Assembly: GCA_021808925.1 (NCBI GenBank)
Contig: JAKBAR010000004.1
Coordinates: 1 to 53,054 of the forward strand
Source of the DNA: Pseudomonadota bacterium
Lineage (GTDB): Bacteria; Pseudomonadota; Alphaproteobacteria; Paracaedibacterales; JAKBAR01
DNA: 53,054 nt
Reading direction: 5' to 3'
The stretch's first letter is position 1. The number at the start of each line of letters is the position of its first letter. A program made the translations under genes and the position numbers. Of this stretch, positions 49,675-53,054 are shown in pieces. The notes beneath the pieces were generated by a model. It was not told the DNA's origin. It ran no database searches and worked only from the letters and a program-made list of their open reading frames with translations.

Positions 49675-49781
49675 TATTTTGACAGCGGCTCTTTTTCGTG
49701 AAAAACTATGAAAAACATAGCCACTTTAAAGGGTTATTTGCTAATACTAAAAGAAATCCTTTTAAAAAAATATGCACACTT

Positions 49782-50789
49782 ATGACGGCTGATTTAGAAA
49801 AAAATTTTCACCTCGCGCTTGAAAAATCTCAAAACTTGCAGATGCTTGAGGAACTGCGTGTGCGCTATCTCGGCAAGCAAGGAATGATCACAGAGGCCCT
49901 TAAATCTCTTGGGGCAATGGATCCAGAAACCCGTAAGCAAAGAGGTGCGGAACTCAATCGCTTACGCGCCCTGTGTCAAGAGGCACTGAGTGTTCAAAAA
50001 GAAAAACTCGAAGAACAGGCGCTTACCCTAAAATTGGCCTCAGAGAAAGTGGATTTGACGCTTCCTACACTGGCGCTTCAAAAAGGTACGCATCACCTGA
50101 TCACCCAAACCACAGAAGAGATTGTGCGTTATTTTGAGCGCTTTGGCTTTAAGGTCGAGGAAGGCCCAGATATTGAAACAGAAGAGCATAATTTTAATGC
50201 GCTTAATATTCCTCCGCATCATCCAGCGCGCCAAAATCATGATACTTTTTATGTTGATGCTGCTGCGGAGCCTTTGTTGCTGCGCACACACACCTCCACA
50301 GTTCAAATTCGCACCTTTAAAAAAGGTGAGCTTCCTTTGCGTGTTTTAGCACCAGGGCGTGTGTATCGTGCAGATTATGACGCGACACACTTGCCCATGT
50401 TCCATCAAATCGAGGGATTCATTGTAGAGGAAGGTATTCATTTGGGACATTTGAAGAGTACGCTCATTGATTTTTGTCGTGCGTTTTTTAATAAAAATGA
50501 TTTGAAAACACGCTTTCGTCCAAGCTTTTTTCCTTTTACAGAGCCCTCCTTTGAGATGGATATTTTTGGAAATGGTCGCTGGCTTGAGGTGCTGGGGTGT
50601 GGGATGATTCACCCGCAAGTTTTACGTAATGTGGGCCTTGATCCAAAAAAACATCAGGGCTTTGCCTTTGGCATGGGCGTTGAGCGCTTTGCGATGCTTA
50701 AATATGAAGTGAATGATATCCGTAATTTTGTCACAGGGGATGTGCGTTGGAATCGTCAAATGAGCGTATCAAGGGCTTTTGGCACTTAA
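49782..50789 (+). CDS. pheS: Phenylalanine--tRNA ligase alpha subunit
   Basis: HPARQNHDTFY, LLRTHTS, DATHLPMFHQIEG, FRPSFFPFTEPS, FAFGMGVER; start set at MTADLEK. Confidence 0.98.
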   Translation: MTADLEKNFHLALEKSQNLQMLEELRVRYLGKQGMITEALKSLGAMDPETRKQRGAELNRLRALCQEALSVQKEKLEEQALTLKLASEKVDLTLPTLALQKGTHHLITQTTEEIVRYFERFGFKVEEGPDIETEEHNFNALNIPPHHPARQNHDTFYVDAAAEPLLLRTHTSTVQIRTFKKGELPLRVLAPGRVYRADYDATHLPMFHQIEGFIVEEGIHLGHLKSTLIDFCRAFFNKNDLKTRFRPSFFPFTEPSFEMDIFGNGRWLEVLGCGMIHPQVLRNVGLDPKKHQGFAFGMGVERFAMLKYEVNDIRNFVTGDVRWNRQMSVSRAFGT

Positions 50790-51782
50790 ATGCGCATGAG
50801 CTCTTTTAAAATAATCATTATTTTTTGTCTGATGATGGCCTCTCTTTGTGCGGAGGAAAAAAAGACTTTTAAGATTATCATGGTTCTTTGGAACGGAAGC
50901 ACTTTGCTTGAGGAAGGCTTTGTCAATTATCTTAAGAGTAAAGAGGTGAGTGTTGATATTCAAACACTTGATTGCCAGGGAGACCGGGCAAAGTGTCATG
51001 CTTTTGTCACAGATATTAAGCGTATTCAGCCTGATCTGATAACAATTTGGGGAACCCCCGCTCTCCAAGAAATTGCCGGGCGTCTCGATCAGGCAAAAGA
51101 AAATTATATTTGGGATATCCCCATTATAGCCTTGATCGTTTCAGATCCCGTCAGAACAGGCATTATTGCTGCGTTGGACAGGCCGGGGCGGAACGTAACG
51201 GGCGTGAGTCACCTTGCCCCCATTGAGGCACAGCTGAATGCTCTCCTTTTGTATAAAAAAGACGTTAAAACCATTGGAGCTATGTATAACCCCGATGAAC
51301 CCAATTCAAAAATTCAAGTGGAAAATCTCGCAACTCTGGCTGAGGGCAAGGGCATTCGTGTAATTCTTTTGCCTGTGCCCATGATCGATCACAAGCCCGA
51401 CTCGGATCATCTCTGTGATGTTGTTGAAAAAGCAGCATCTCTTAAGGCGGATTTTATTTATATTCCCGCCGATACCTTTCTCTCAAAGCATGCTCCAATT
51501 TTTATTAACAAAGCTCATGAGCTCAAAATTCCAACATTTGCTGCGACTGAATCCCTCTATTGGCATACAAAACCCATGCTTGGCATGTTCAGCCACTTTT
51601 TTAATGTGGGGATGTTCGGAGGGGCCAAAGCTTTTGATATTCTTGTGAATAAACAAGATCCAGGGACCATGCCCTATGAAAAATTATCCCGTTTTTCCAT
51701 TGTTATTTCACGCTCAGCTTATGAATCCATGGGTATTTCTCCTCCTCTCACCCTTTTAAAATTTGCTGAGATACGGGACTAG
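50790..51782 (+). CDS. ABC transporter substrate-binding protein (orphan)
   Basis: Signal peptide; PDLITIWGTPA, VSDPVRTG, PGRNVTGVS, YNPDEPNS. Confidence 0.85.
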   Translation: MRMSSFKIIIIFCLMMASLCAEEKKTFKIIMVLWNGSTLLEEGFVNYLKSKEVSVDIQTLDCQGDRAKCHAFVTDIKRIQPDLITIWGTPALQEIAGRLDQAKENYIWDIPIIALIVSDPVRTGIIAALDRPGRNVTGVSHLAPIEAQLNALLLYKKDVKTIGAMYNPDEPNSKIQVENLATLAEGKGIRVILLPVPMIDHKPDSDHLCDVVEKAASLKADFIYIPADTFLSKHAPIFINKAHELKIPTFAATESLYWHTKPMLGMFSHFFNVGMFGGAKAFDILVNKQDPGTMPYEKLSRFSIVISRSAYESMGISPPLTLLKFAEIRD

Positions 51783-53054
51783 AGATGAGTTTAGGTGAGG
51801 ATGTCTAAAGTTTTCTCTTAAAATTTCGAGGGGATTTCAGTGAAAAATAGTTGTGCTGGAGGGGGGGCTGTATTGAGTGACTCTCGTGTCTTTGATGTGG
51901 GCACAAAGGCTGTAAGCGATTTTTAGAAAAATTTTCCCTTCTTAACAGTCGTATGAAACTAGGGTTTTTCGGGATTTTTATGTTTATTTTTTGAATTTTT
52001 CACAAAAATCGATGAAAAAGAGGGGATAAGGTGCGTTTTTGCGAAGATTTTTTTTAAAAATTTCTCTTCTCAGTGCGCCCCTAGATTTTCCTTCGAAAAT
52101 CCTATTTTTTTCGCTATTTTGTGTGTTTTTCATGTAAAAAATGGGCTTTTTTGGCGAGAAAAATAGTAAATTGAAGCTTTTATCTCCTGATTTGACGCAG
52201 TATTGTCCCTTAAAAGCATGATTTGAGGCCTTCGCTCTCTGATTTGAGTGGGGATAGCCGCCTTTTTCTTTGCAAATAACCCTTTTTGCGGTCTATTTTG
52301 GGAAATTTCGAGGGTTTTTCAGGATTTTTAGATTTTTTTCTCTCCTACGGGAATTTTCACGGTCCATTTTGGGAAATTTCGAGGGGATTTCATGAAAAAT
52401 AGTGTATTTTTTGCGTGACTAGGCGATTTTTGAGGCGAATTTTCGCTTTTTTGACCGATATTTTGTGGTTTTTCATGATTTTTATGTTTATTTTTTGAAT
52501 TTTTCCGACGATTTTCGAAAAAATAGTTGTGCTGGAGGGGTCTGTATTGAGTGATTCTCGTGTCTTTGAGATGGGCACAAAGGCTGTAAGCGTTTTTTAG
52601 AAAAATTTTCCCTTCTTAGCATCTTCTTAGCACTCGCTAAAAAGAGGATTTTTTCATGAAATATTTTGTAAAAAAAGGGCTGTTTTTGGGAAAAATTTGT
52701 GGTTTTTGAGTATTTTCATGGCATTTCGCAGGAATTTTCGCTTTCTGGGACGCTATTTTCTGTGTTTTTCATGTAAAAAAGGGCTTTTTTAACGCATTAG
52801 GCACGACAGTAGGTGAATTTTTAGCATTTTAATGCCAATTTTCATGGATATAACGCCATTTTTTGGGCTTATGGGCGGTTTTTTGACGATTTTATGCGTT
52901 GAAGGGGGCTTTTTCGGCGAGAAAGGAGCGCTGATCGCTGCGTTAAATGGCAAGACGCCTTAAATTTTCTTCAAAGGGCGAAAGATTTTTTTGTTAAAAC
53001 ATTAACCTTTTATTCACACACCTTAACAAAAAGTTAATTTTCGCACCCCCACCC
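51783..53054. repeat. Non-coding mosaic of shuffled repeat modules
   Basis: ~100-bp duplicate (51843-51944 and 52519-52618) plus several 20-50-bp modules in 2-4 copies; no credible ORF. Confidence 0.85.
53002..53037. promoter_or_regulatory. Two adjacent CtrA-like boxes
   Basis: TTAA-CCTTTTA-TTCA (53002-53016) and perfect TTAA-CAAAAAG-TTAA (53023-53037). Confidence 0.5.

Noticed and set aside
52390-52578. 62-aa ORF in the mosaic region
   Set aside because: Built from repeat modules; the other copy of module A differs by an indel in its G run, which argues against coding.

Overview
Chromosomal segment of an AT-rich alphaproteobacterium. CckA, MipZ, split PntAA/PntAB and a CoxF-like mini-gene support this class; a protist-associated, Holosporales-like lifestyle is inferred, not shown. 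Housekeeping genes occur as broken operon fragments: yajC-secDF, murG-murC-murB, lone mraY, fabH, fabD, pgk and pheS, ctaB-coxF, rplU-rpmA, fliQR, metNI, livKHMGF, ftsEX. Between them sit about ten orphan genes with N-terminal signal peptides, many ending in -xxAS. Main observations: (1) two of these exported proteins end in eukaryotic CaaX prenylation boxes (GGCLIL; CPCPCIIL, on a permuted papain-like enzyme); (2) the two longest G/C homopolymers I noticed lie at the 5' ends of exported orphans, one out of frame (C11) and one in frame (G10); (3) a half-size Nma111/DEG7-like protease and a degenerate exported ParB-like protein; (4) an identical 88-bp element present twice, 34 kb apart, one copy truncating a YheO-like regulator and abutting an orphan vgrG; (5) CtrA-like boxes shared by fliL and an exported orphan; (6) a 1.27-kb non-coding mosaic of shuffled repeat modules at the window end. 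No rRNA, tRNA, CRISPR array or transposase was recognised. Family assignments come from motif recognition by eye; no database search was run.
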